Source: the human T2T-CHM13v2.0 reference genome, Homo sapiens
Length of the DNA: 64,000 bases
NCBI RefSeq assembly: GCF_009914755.1
Contig: NC_060937.1
Strand: one strand, 5' to 3'
Shown: positions 52,651-64,000 of the stretch, piece by piece
Numbering within the stretch: the stretch's first letter is position 1
Layout of the letters: each line of letters begins with the position of its first letter
The notes under the pieces: generated by a model
The model's database searches: none
What the model saw: only the letters and a program-made list of their open reading frames with translations
Told to the model about the DNA's origin: nothing
Position numbers and translations under genes: made by a program

Positions 52651-54627
52651 TGCTTTAATGGTTTTAAAATGAGCAACGCATCATCTTTTCAAATAATGAA
52701 GCTATTTCTCTCCTTCAATAATTCCATAATCTTTCCCAAATCTCTGCATATCATTTTGTTCCCATTTCCCAGATAAATAAGATACCCAACACTGAAGTGA
52801 CTTGACAGTAAAAGGAGTGACCCAATTCAAGACGATATTTTAATAAATACTATGATACACATACTAGTTGGTATCATTATCAAGTCTATTGATGTGGCTC
52901 AATAAAAAAAACTTTTAGTACGATTATATATGCCTGGAAATAGGATGAATGTAACACGAACTAAGAAATTCCAAGGCGTGCTCAACATAACACTAATGCA
53001 GCCAACCAAGTCTTACGGATAGTAGCCATGCACCAAGTGCATGTTAGAATTAATGACCTTTGAGGGCACTTCGATTTCTGAAAATGTCTGACTTTGTGAT
53101 GTGAAATCATACAATGTCATGAAGCTCTCTCACACTAAAAAACAAATAATATCAATACCATGCACACTTTTAGAACTTGACAGTTTTAAACCTTTTTCAC
53201 AAGAATGTCCTTTTTTCACACCCATAGCAACTCTTGAAATAGGCAGGACAGGTGTTATTAGTTCCTCTTTGCAGATGAGAAAGTTAAAATTCACAAAGGA
53301 GAGGGCACTGGGGTTCCAGATCAAACAGACAGATAATTGCAGAGCTAAGGCCTGCCTCTTTTTGATTCCACTTTTATTGTCCAGGCAACTACCCTACATA
53401 CACTTACAGCAGCCAATGCTAACAATCCATTTCATTTACATTAATTGCAGCTTTTGGAGCAGCTATGGCTACTTAGTTCAAAATGGAAGAAAAGCTGGAT
53501 TGCTGCTATTACAATCCCTCTATCCTGTGCGAAGAAAGAGCCTTGGAACTTGGAAAAGAAATTTAAAGCAACCACAAGCTACACAACCATCACTATGAAA
53601 TAAACCCTTTTTGTGTGGCATGAAATCGCTCACAGAAAGGCTTGCTCTTGTTCTCTTGATTTCCAAATGCATAAAGTAAAAGTCACCCCACTGCTAATGC
53701 TAGGTGGTTAGGCAGCTGTTCATCAGAGGTAGTCGCAAAGCAAAGTTTTAATGTGAACTCTGATAAGCTGGACTAATGTATATGTGGGATGGGTATGTTC
53801 TGAACACCTGCTCTAAGCCAGCTGCTGAGAAGCACTGGGTAAACATATTGAAATGGCTGGGGGAAAGAAAAATGAAGCAAAGCAAGGAGCCAGGTCCACA
53901 ACAAGCCACCATATTCACAGAGAGGACAACTGCTGAAATACGCGGAAGTGTGTATCCACCAGATTTTATGCTGGTATTTGTGAGCAGGAAATAATGGACA
54001 ACAGGAATCTTTTTAGAATTTATTTGTCGTTTTCTAAAGGCAGATGGTAAAGGGACAAATCCAAGTGCAATGAAGCTGAGTAAAGGAAGTAACTTAATGA
54101 AGTAAAGAAAAACTTAATGCAAAAGTTGTGTTTGTTTTTTGTTTGTTTTTGTTTTTGTTTTTAAGGAAAGGGTGGATGAAGACTGCTCCTGAAAGTAAAA
54201 CTCTCAGTATGGACACAACAGAAATTTTATAAATCCCAAGTAGGCTATTTAAATTTTAGAACCTAAGCAGAAAGGCACAGCATGATATTCTGTGGCTCTT
54301 GGCAGGATTTTGTCACCACTGGCAAACTGGAAACGTACAAAACAGTTGTAAAAGCCATATTCAAATCCCTTTTCAACTATGGCAATGCAGCTTCCACTGC
54401 TGACATTTTAAAAACTTCGTCTTAATATTGACTTTGTCAATGTATTTGAAATGTAAAAAAAGATAAATTTTCAAACTCTGCAATTTTCTCCCTGAATCAG
54501 ACTTTGTTAAAACTAACAGCATCTGATTCAAGCAGACTTAAAAACAAGCATCAATGTATTCTCTGTTCAAACGCATCTACAATGGATAAAATGTATGGAA
54601 AATCATTTTTTAAACACACAGCAGTGA

Positions 54628-54911
54628 GGCTGGGCACAGTCACTCACGCCTGTAATCCCAACACATTGGGAGGCCACGGTGGGAGGATCACTTGAGGTCA
54701 GATGTTCAAGACCAGCCTGGCCAACGCGGTGAAACCCTGTCTCTACTAAAAATACAAAAAATTAGCTAGGCAACATGGCACGCACCTGTAATCCCAGCTA
54801 CTTGGGAAGCTGAGGCAGGAGAATGTTTGAACCCAGAAGGCAGAGGTTGCAGTAAGCCGAGATCGCGCCACTGCATTCCAACCTGGGTGACAGAGCGAGA
54901 CTCCATCTCAA
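54628..54911 (+). mobile_element. AluS lacking its poly(A) tail
   Basis: Complete dimeric body ending gcgagactccatctcaa, followed directly by non-Alu sequence. Confidence 0.95.
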
Positions 54912-55383
54912 TGGGACAAACACATTAAATTAAATACTCACTGCTCCTTTCTCCTTAAAGACTTTTGAATTCATGAATTATGAGCTATAAGGCACAATTG
55001 TTCAGAATGAATCACATAAATTACAGTCAATCATAATATTTTCAGGGTCTGTCCTCAGGGTAACTAGTAACACAATGATTCTTTTTGCCATCATCTTCAT
55101 TTGTCATAATAAAAATTAGTTACAGAACATGACACTGCCAAAATTTATAAACTTACAAAGCTAACATTGATCTTTTCAAATATAAAAATTTAATGACAAC
55201 TGAACAAAAACATAAAGAAATACTATCTCAACATCATTTCTAAAGGAAAGGGATAAATACATTTTGCATGATAGGTAAAGAACATTTCCATGTTTACATA
55301 GAGAAAAGTAAATTTACTACCTTTGCCACTCTAGTCTTAAGGAATACATAAAATTTTTAACTTTACTGTATAAATGGAATTAT

Positions 55384-55582
55384 CAATGGTATGCTGGAGC
55401 TAGCTCATCCCCTGCTCATGAGAGCCAATTGTTGAATTTTAAGGAATCTTGCAAGCCAGGTGGTAAAGCCTTGAAACCATCCATAATGGGAATAATTACA
55501 CCACAGGAATTGACAAACACTACAATCAGGCCTCTCCTCTCCCCTCCTTCTCCCAGAGAACCACTTTACTAACACACCACTG
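55384..55582 (+). mobile_element. MER63A-like (hAT-Blackjack) DNA transposon
   Basis: TIRs caatggtatgctgg / ctaacacaccactg; internal gagagccaattgttgaattttaaggaatcttgcaagcc and ttacaccacaggaattgacaaacactaca. Confidence 0.8.
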
Positions 55583-56666
55583 ATCCACATGCAAATAAGT
55601 CCACAGTACAGTTAATCCTCACTAAGTGAATGCACCCACACAGGCAACACTGAGGTCATGAAAAAGAACATTACTGATACCTGCAGAAGTCTCCCTTGAA
55701 CAATATCTGAATCAATATGCCTCCACAGGTCTAAACACTTTACAAATACTAGAAAGGAGCAATTTTAGCAATGAGGATGGAAGAAGGCAATTTAAGTGAA
55801 AGATACAACCTTGAAAATCACTTGTAAGTAGCTGTGAAGGTAGGCTGGCAGAAAAAGACATAGCAAGTTGTGCATTGATTTGGAAGCAGCAAGAGTAATA
55901 TGGGAAGGAAAATATGAAATTGTATTGCTGAGCAGCTACATGAGGAATTATGAGGCACATGCTTCTGTATGAGACCTGTTCAGTGTAAAACCCTACTTAC
56001 GAAATAGAGATGGTTTAACATATTGTAATTCTCTTAGTGTCACCTATGATTTTTACATTGTAACCAGTAGAAACTACAAGAAAATCTCAACTACCACAAA
56101 TAAGGTAATACCCACCATTTGAGGACTGTTGAAATTCACAGCGCCCCCCCCCCACCACACTTTCATTCATACTGTATTTGTAAGAAACCAAATATTAAAG
56201 TTTTCCATGATGATCCTACTTCTAGGAGAAAAGCAGAGACTTCAGGGGCATAGGACTGCATTTGACAGCAATCATGCACCATATGGCACTGGTATTAGAA
56301 TTATGTTTGTAGAAAACTGATGTATATTAAAAAAAATCTGGCTTCTTTTTTTGTACCAGTGATCAGTTGCATCAAGCAGTTTTCCATTTTTTAATATTCA
56401 TCTGAAAGTTGATTCTTAAAATACCAGCTTAAGTTCTGGAAAAGAATTACAGCTAGACTTGCAGGAAAAAAATGAGGAGTTGCTTCCATATAATTTTTTA
56501 AGGGGCTAAAAGGAAAAATTACATTTTACAGATAGATATGCACATGTAAGTACTGACCTCTGTCTCGTATTCACACAAGAAGGTACTCTAATGAGAATAA
56601 ACTGCCCAAAAGTAATGCTCAAAGTAGCAATATTTTCAATGCAATTTTAACATCTGACTAACCAAC

Positions 56667-56699
56667 CTTTATTGTTTTTCTCTTCATATGGATATTCAT
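56667..56699 (-). CDS. KLF12: KLF12 first coding segment (exon 2), residues 1-11 MNIHMKRKTIK
   Basis: Minus strand reads ATG AAT ATC CAT ATG AAG AGA AAA ACA ATA AAG, then donor GTTGGT at 56666. This matches the KLF12 N-terminus as I recall it and splices in phase 0 to exon 3. Confidence 0.96.
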
Positions 56700-56730
56700 T
56701 CATCCATTTGTTCTTAGAGTCACATTGATC
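56700..56730 (-). other. KLF12: 5'UTR part of KLF12 exon 2 (whole exon 56667-56730, 64 nt)
   Basis: Strong acceptor tctttgtgtttttcttgcag|GATCAATG at 56731/56730; 31 nt precede the main ATG. Confidence 0.92.
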
Positions 56731-58869
56731 CTGCAAGAAAAACACAAAGACAAATGATGAGAGAAAGTTCTACAACTTGATGTTATTGCTCCTTTGGGGA
56801 AAAAAATACATCTTAATTCTACAGTTCCTTAAGCTCGTGATCATAGAGCTGAGGAATATCTTTTCTTCAGCTATGTGTTGTTGGCTTGCTCTTCAGCAGC
56901 CATCAAAGGGCAAAATGCAGTAGAGGGAAAAACACCAGCTATGACACTAGGACAAGATCCTGGGCACTAAATAATTAAGACCTAGACAAAAATGAGGGAG
57001 GAAGGGAGGAGGAGAATAAAAAGAAAGGGATGCAACAGAGAGAGACAGCTGAGGAGAAAATGGCCAAGTAAAAAAAAGGTTTATAAGTAAATTTCCTGTA
57101 TAAAAGAGAAGTCCCAAATACTCAAACTGGAACCCTTGGCTTCATTATTCTTAGCAACTGAGAGAATTTAAAGTAATGTCATTTCATTGGGGGAAATGAT
57201 TGTTTCTTTACAGTTGATACAAATGTGCAAAATAATGAATACAAATAAATTCGGTGGTTCCATGTCAGCCAATACCCAAGTAACTTTAAAAAAATGATCT
57301 AAATTAATATATGTCCCTTCTTTTAAAAATTAAATATAAATTAAATATTTATGTGGTTTCTAAAAGGTCCAAAATCTCCAGGACCATTAGGATATCACCA
57401 AATCATTAAATATTATTGGGCTGGGGAGTTCTGATTATAATAGACCATTTGCCCTATTTGGATATATCTTACAAGTCTTCCTATGTATTCTCTCTCAGCA
57501 TTATGTTACTTGCTTCAGAATTTCCATTTCATGAGGCAAATTTTCTTTGGCATTCAGTTGAGCCAGCTTATTAGGCACAGTTGACTTTATTTTTCATTTG
57601 GAATTACACTCAAGAGGGGACACACCCTGGAGTTCTCAGCAGCGCCCATTCTGTGCCAATGTCTATGGGCCGTAGCACTGGGCCTGGTTTCCTGTGTATG
57701 TTTCCATACATTTGAAAAGAACTCACTCACTCATAAAGGCCTTAAATGAAATGCAGCAGAGTTCACAAGCTCCATAGGCTTGACCAGTGAAGGAAACTGG
57801 CCTTTAATTTTATTCCAGTTTTAAATATATACGTCTCTCTTGCTATAACAATGTCTCAAAACATGTCCCCTAATATGCACTACAGCTTTTACCAGGCATG
57901 CTACTAAAAAGGGAATCCAACATTTTAATATTATAGTGGCAGACTAAAAACATTCTCTTGAAATTCAGAGTATAATTCCTCTATTTAACATGATTAAACC
58001 ATAACATGGTATCCTTTGAAATACTTAAAAAGTCACCTAACACACAGTGTTCTCAAAGATGTTTTGTCCTTTCTAGTCTTCAAAATATATCTAATCCAAT
58101 CGGTTCCAACTTCTTAGCCGAATGTTCAATCAAGGTACATCAAAACCTGGCTCATTATTTTTCACAGGGTAGTTCTATAATTTTTTTCATTTAATGTGCC
58201 ATAGGCATGTTCTCATATAAACTTAATAATGCTTAATCCAAAAATTCATAATACTCCACTGAGGGAATATATCATTATTTACTTCTTAACTTTTGCCTTA
58301 TAATTTGTGACTTTTATTACGAATCACACATAAACACCCTTCCGTGTAAATCTGGTGTGCACCAGAGTCTCTGCTGGTCTGAATGATGCCTTTAAGCAAA
58401 TGGAAAGGATGCCTCCTCTGGACAGACACAAAGAGCCTCCAATCAGGAAGAAGGCAAGGCCTGCAAGCAGAGCCCACCGCAAACTACAACCACCACTCCC
58501 CCAGGTAACCTCATCCTACACTACCGCACTTAGCTGTACCAATTTATATTCCCACTAGGAGAAGACATAAGGATGAAACTGATCAGAGGTAAATTTTATA
58601 ACCAAGGAAAAAGTCAGATAATGTCAAGGTTCTTACAAACCCCTGTCTTAGTCCCAAATCTTATGGCATGGCTCTTCGTGGTTTGTCATACCATCTACAT
58701 TTGCAACCTTCTACAATTTAAATTTATATTTCTGTAGTTTTTAAAGCATGGGACGGCCTGATACAAAACTAGTTTTTGCTTTCCATCCAATTCAGGCTCC
58801 CAAGAGAGTGTTCAAGATTCATCTCTTGCCTTTCAGCCCCTCATACTTTAAGTAGCACAAATGAAGGTA

Positions 58870-59100
58870 ACAGATGAGGACACAGATTAGAGTTGAGAAG
58901 ACCTGTCTGTCCCTAGTCTCACCTCTATTATCTTCCGGCTGTGTGAACTTAAGCAACTCGTTCAACCTCTTTGATGCCCAGTTTTCTTCTCCAAGAAGCA
59001 AGGATAATAATAATAATAATACCTGCTTTATATACTTGCCTACTCTAATTGCAGTAATGTTTATACAGCAATCTGTAAAATGTTAAATGTCATACGTGTA
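58870..59100 (+). mobile_element. MIR SINE
   Basis: gctgtgtgaacttaagcaactcgttcaacctctttgatgcccagttttctt...ggataataataataataatacctgc. Confidence 0.8.
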
Positions 59101-61128
59101 AGAATTACCACTTTTTAATCAACAGCCTAGATATCGAATAGGAAATAAAAAAGATTTCTCTAAATGGAGGCCACATGATAGAACAGATACATCTCCAATT
59201 TTATTCATGCTAAGGGGCCTTTAGTTTTTCCCCCCAATCCCTATCAAAAGCAAGCCATGATATAAAATAGGAAAATGGCACATTTCCAATAACAGTTAAT
59301 AGCTCATCAATTTCCGAATTAAATTTACTTAGCTCTGCCAAATAGGTTTCTGAAATTATCCAGTAAATCTTCCCAAAGCACAGAAGTTTTAAAGGCCAGT
59401 GGCCTCATCAAAATGCTCATGACGCATGGTTTTGGTCCTCATTTTCCTGGCTTCAAAAATGTTTCTCAATTGTCATTAGGTGAAGAAAAGCAAAGGATTG
59501 GTCGCTTATTTCAATATGAAAAACATGAAAAATAGCAAGGCATAAAATATTACACTTTTGAAAGTATTTTAAGATTACTTTTAAACCAAAATATTGCTGC
59601 CTGGAACCATGGGTAAATACTCATGGTTTTAGAGGAGAGACTGGAGAAATTCCAGTTACACCTGTTTCTCTTTAGTAGCTGCAAGCAATAGAGAATGATT
59701 TTTAAATTCTTTCCTTTCTCTTTTTCTGTCTTGAAATTTCCACATATGATCACTCAAGTTCCTTTATAACTCAAAGACAGTACACCCTGGACAACAGAAG
59801 TGACCCTGGCCATAGTGAAAGTGAATGCTATCCACTTTAACAAATAAGCAGCTACTCTGTCACAATTACCTCAGAGTACAGGCATTATATTATACTACAG
59901 TACCAGATTGCTTGCTCTTCATCACATCTTAAATGATCTATTATGTTCTCAGTCTTTAAAGGTTAGTGTTTAATACATTTTAAATGTATTAAAATGGACC
60001 CATAAGTATACTTGTTGCTAGATCCTCTGAGAATCCCTTTATGTATCTTTAAATAGAGACAGAGAAACACACTAGACATCTAACTAGCCAGGGATTCCAC
60101 TCTCTGCTCAAAGGTAATTTAGTTGCTCTGTTTCGAGTGAATTGAATGGTGGTGCTGATATAGTTATCTTATTTGGAATTCTGTCTTCTAGATTCAAGTT
60201 TACAAATCACTGCTTCATTAGTTATGATCTTGTGTTTTCCAGCACCGATTTTAAAAATCAACTAATAAAGGTTTACATACATATTCAATTCAGTTACTGT
60301 AATTTTTAAAGCCAACTAGGGAAGTTGACAGGCAGGCTTTGTGCATGTCAGTCTGTGATGTTATGTAACAGGTCCAAGTTTGCCTTGCTCTGCGCATCAA
60401 GGTTTCTACCACATAAGTTGCTTTTCTTCTACTTAAAGCTATTTCTGTTTCATCTGTCACAGTGAGTTATCTTGGGAACTAAAAATATTTGAAGGTTAAT
60501 CTAAATATTTCTGGAGATAAATGCAAATCTAAGTGCTACGTTTTCATAGCTATTTTGACTAAAAATGAAAAGTAGCTAAAGACACAAAGAAGAATGCTTG
60601 TTGCTAGGTGACAGGTGACACCTACTGTATCTCTTCTGAACTTGTACAGCATGACACATCTTACTACCAAGAAGAGGCACTTGGATTTCCACTGGACACA
60701 CATAATTCTCTACAGAGAAGCAAACTAGAGTTTTTTAACACAGGACACAGTTAGCAAATCATGGCTATAGGAAAAGAGATGCCTCTCACAATAGGAGAGA
60801 ATAGTACTTCACTTTCCATTTCAGGTACACATTTTCAAGTAAAGTCCACACATGAAACACATTTAACTTTCACAATTCATGATTAAGCATTAAAAAGTGA
60901 TAACAGACATCACTTCAATTAGGGTAGGTGGAGTCCATAAAGAAAGCATTATTCTCCTATAAGTATCCAATGCTCACTAAATTTAGTAACACAAGGCCAT
61001 CATAGTAAAGATCTCATAAGTTAAAAAAAGAAAGCACAAAAAGCTTCTAAGATTTCCTGGACATATTTTATAATTACACACCTACTTTCTAGCATATATC
61101 CCTTCCTTCAGACAAAAACCCAGGCATA

Positions 61129-61536
<408 letters not shown>

Positions 61537-61599
61537 TCAGGATCTCACATGAACGAATGGCATATTCCACTCCATGTGAGAAAGGCTGTGATGCCATCA

Positions 61600-61830
61600 T
61601 GGAAAAGATCTAGCTTTGAAAGCCAGAAAGAAGGAACATCAGCCTTAACACTTGGGAGTAATGTGACCTGGGGTAAGTTGTTTCCATTTTACATGCTCCT
61701 TTTGCCCCCTTGTTAAACTGGTATCATAAGCCCTCCTCCCCACTTTTTTTAAAGCTAAGAATATTAAAAAAGAGAATGTGTATACCAGAATGTCTGGTAT
61801 ATAACGGGTATTCAAGAAATGTCACTCCTA
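61600..61830 (+). mobile_element. MIR SINE
   Basis: atgtgacctggggtaagttgttt...gttaaactggtatcataag...gaatgtctggtatataacgggtattcaagaaatgt. Confidence 0.6.
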
Positions 61831-64000
61831 TTTCTACCCCCCTACATTTATAATCAAGTGCCCAAACTCCTTTTCCACTTCAGCTTTCTTGAAAACTAGG
61901 AAAAGCTATGTCCGAAACCTGATATAAAGTTATACTTCCTCAATATCACCTTCAACCATACTTGCTTATACGAAGGTCCTGGGATCCACAGAAAATGGAA
62001 TCTCCACTCTAGGATCTCAGAGTATAGTGTTCATAATTCCTCCATTAAGAAAATTCAAAGATGCAACAGCCAATGGCAATAGGAGAAAGATTTCAGAGGT
62101 CAATAATAACCCATATTCAATAAAGATCCCCTTGGAATTCTGTTCGTTGCATAAGTCGACTTAAAATACTTCATTTATAAAACTGTCCCCCATTTCCAGT
62201 TTTATGTTTCCTTGAAATTACGCTTCCACCCAAGGATTCTTCACTACTTAAAATAGCAGATACTACTACAGAAAGTAAAATTTAATAATTAAAGTCCCAC
62301 TTGGAGTAAGGTATGCCCCAAAGCTTGAGCAGTCACTTAAGAACAGAGCTCACTGAATACACAGCCCATTTTCAGAAGGAGAAGGTAAAGCAAAAGCACA
62401 CTGACATGGAAATTACTCTTTTAATCTGTTTTCAGCTTCCGTTTCATTACACCCCATCATTCTGTGCACCCAGAGAACAAATAAGTCTTTAAAAGAAAGT
62501 AACCATAGCAAATGAATTAAGCATTTCTTTTACATATATTGTACTCAATATAATGGTTTGAAAAGTAATTTATGCTATGCTCAGATTCAAATGTAATTGC
62601 CATTTTATCAGGACTGCATAGTCAAAAATCTGATTTGTACTGCAAAGGATTGACAAGATGATTAAATTTTGTCTTTGTATGTCTAATTTATGTGATTTAA
62701 ATTGTAACAAAATATAAACATGTGCCATTTGGACATGCACGTAAGTACCATAAGTACTACCACATGTAGTACTGCATTCTGCCAAAAGTAACTTGGCCAC
62801 ACACACATTTGCATTGCCAGATGAAGAACACTCACATCTTTCTCTTAATCCCATCTATCAGGAGGCATTTTTAACTATCATGCTGAAGATGTTAAAAATC
62901 TTTGGGGTTTTGAGAGGCTGGTGGAAGGAAGGGAAGAATAGGGTGCCCATTTACCCAGTAATCTCCAGCACTACTTGTAAAATGTAGCTGCGTGATGTAT
63001 ACATAGAATGCCAAATTAAAAATATTGAAAGCAACTGAAAATAAAATCAAACACATATTTGGTACCAATTACAAATGCATAGTTCACACAGCCTAAGAAT
63101 TTCTCTACTACTTCACTTCAACAGGTGTTGTTGGAACACAGCTAGGTACAGGACATTATGGGGTAAATAGTTAAAAGTTTTAGATACTAGAGATCTATGA
63201 CACAATCAAGAAAAAATAAGTTGCTTTGCTCAGTATGCAGTATACATATTTGGCTTTCCTATTAATTGTTGCCTGTATGCTTAGGCTGCCAATGCTAAGC
63301 AAGATAAATCCTATTCAAATGCATAGTAAACAGTTTGCTTAGTGAATAAATTTATTTTCTAGCCCATCACAACAATAGTTGATTAAAATATGTTGCTCTT
63401 ATCCACACTTTTGAATTAATTCATGTGAAATAAAACAAATATTTATTAAATTGTGGTGAAAACATTCCATCAAACTGTGAAACTTGAGTAGAAAAACAAA
63501 TGGTACATGCTTAATTATGGTTGACATTTAAATGAAATTTGCATTCTCAAAATATTTTGCGATAATTAGAAAATATTAGAAGACAAAGTATTTTAGGAAA
63601 CTTTATGTTCAATCTCTTTGCACATCTGAGCCAAAGAAACTTTTAACAAAGGTAGATTTTATAATATAATTTGAAAGATCAATCAAAGGACTTAATAGAT
63701 TTGTTTTACTGACATGTTGACATAGTGGTCCAGAAATGAGACACTTTATTTGATATTTTTAATGATTATCTTACAGGTTGCCGAGTGCCTTACTGAACAA
63801 TAGCTCTGACTGGCTGAATTCATCAACCCAAGTTTGTGTATTTAGATATCATCTATGTATCTCCGAATCTGCTCCTCAACACACAGCTAGCTGTCATAAT
63901 ACATAATCAACTAGTATTTCTCAACAAGCAAATTAGTAGACTGTCAAAGGGATTGCTTAACCATATGCTTCTCTCATTACTACATAATCCCAGAAAATAA

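Noticed and set aside
53101-53598. 165-aa + strand ORF, the longest outside simple repeats
   Set aside because: Starts at GTG, crosses a MIR-like fragment, is antisense to KLF12 and has no recognisable domain.

Overview
Human (or closely related great-ape) genomic DNA from inside KLF12 (Kruppel-like factor 12 / AP-2rep), which is transcribed on the minus strand. In transcript order the window holds the 3' part of intron 1 (64000->56731), exon 2 (56730->56667; 31 nt of 5'UTR plus codons 1-11, MNIHMKRKTIK), the whole 50,929-bp intron 2 (56666->5738), exon 3 (5737->5648; codons 12-41, NINTFENRMLMLDGMPAVRVKTELLESEQG) and the start of intron 3. Exon numbering follows my recollection of the canonical transcript. 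The rest is intronic: Alu/FLAM SINEs (many with visible target-site duplications), MIR, L2, old L1M/HAL1 fragments, MaLR and ERVL LTRs, hAT DNA transposons and simple/tandem repeats. Repeat subfamily names are by-eye recognition, not RepeatMasker output. Almost all ORFs in the supplied track are repeat-derived or chance. I see no RNA gene, CRISPR array or new multi-gene system. The best leads are regulatory: (i) a uORF-crowded, weak-context start in exon 2, with a KLF3-like Met20 as a possible alternative start; (ii) a 516-nt candidate poison exon in mid-intron 2 carrying a KLF box and a hairpin-embedded 93-codon ORF; (iii) an (AAAGG)n array grown from an Alu tail, the same layout as the RFC1/CANVAS locus; (iv) a PU.1-motif minisatellite and several enhancer-like motif clusters.
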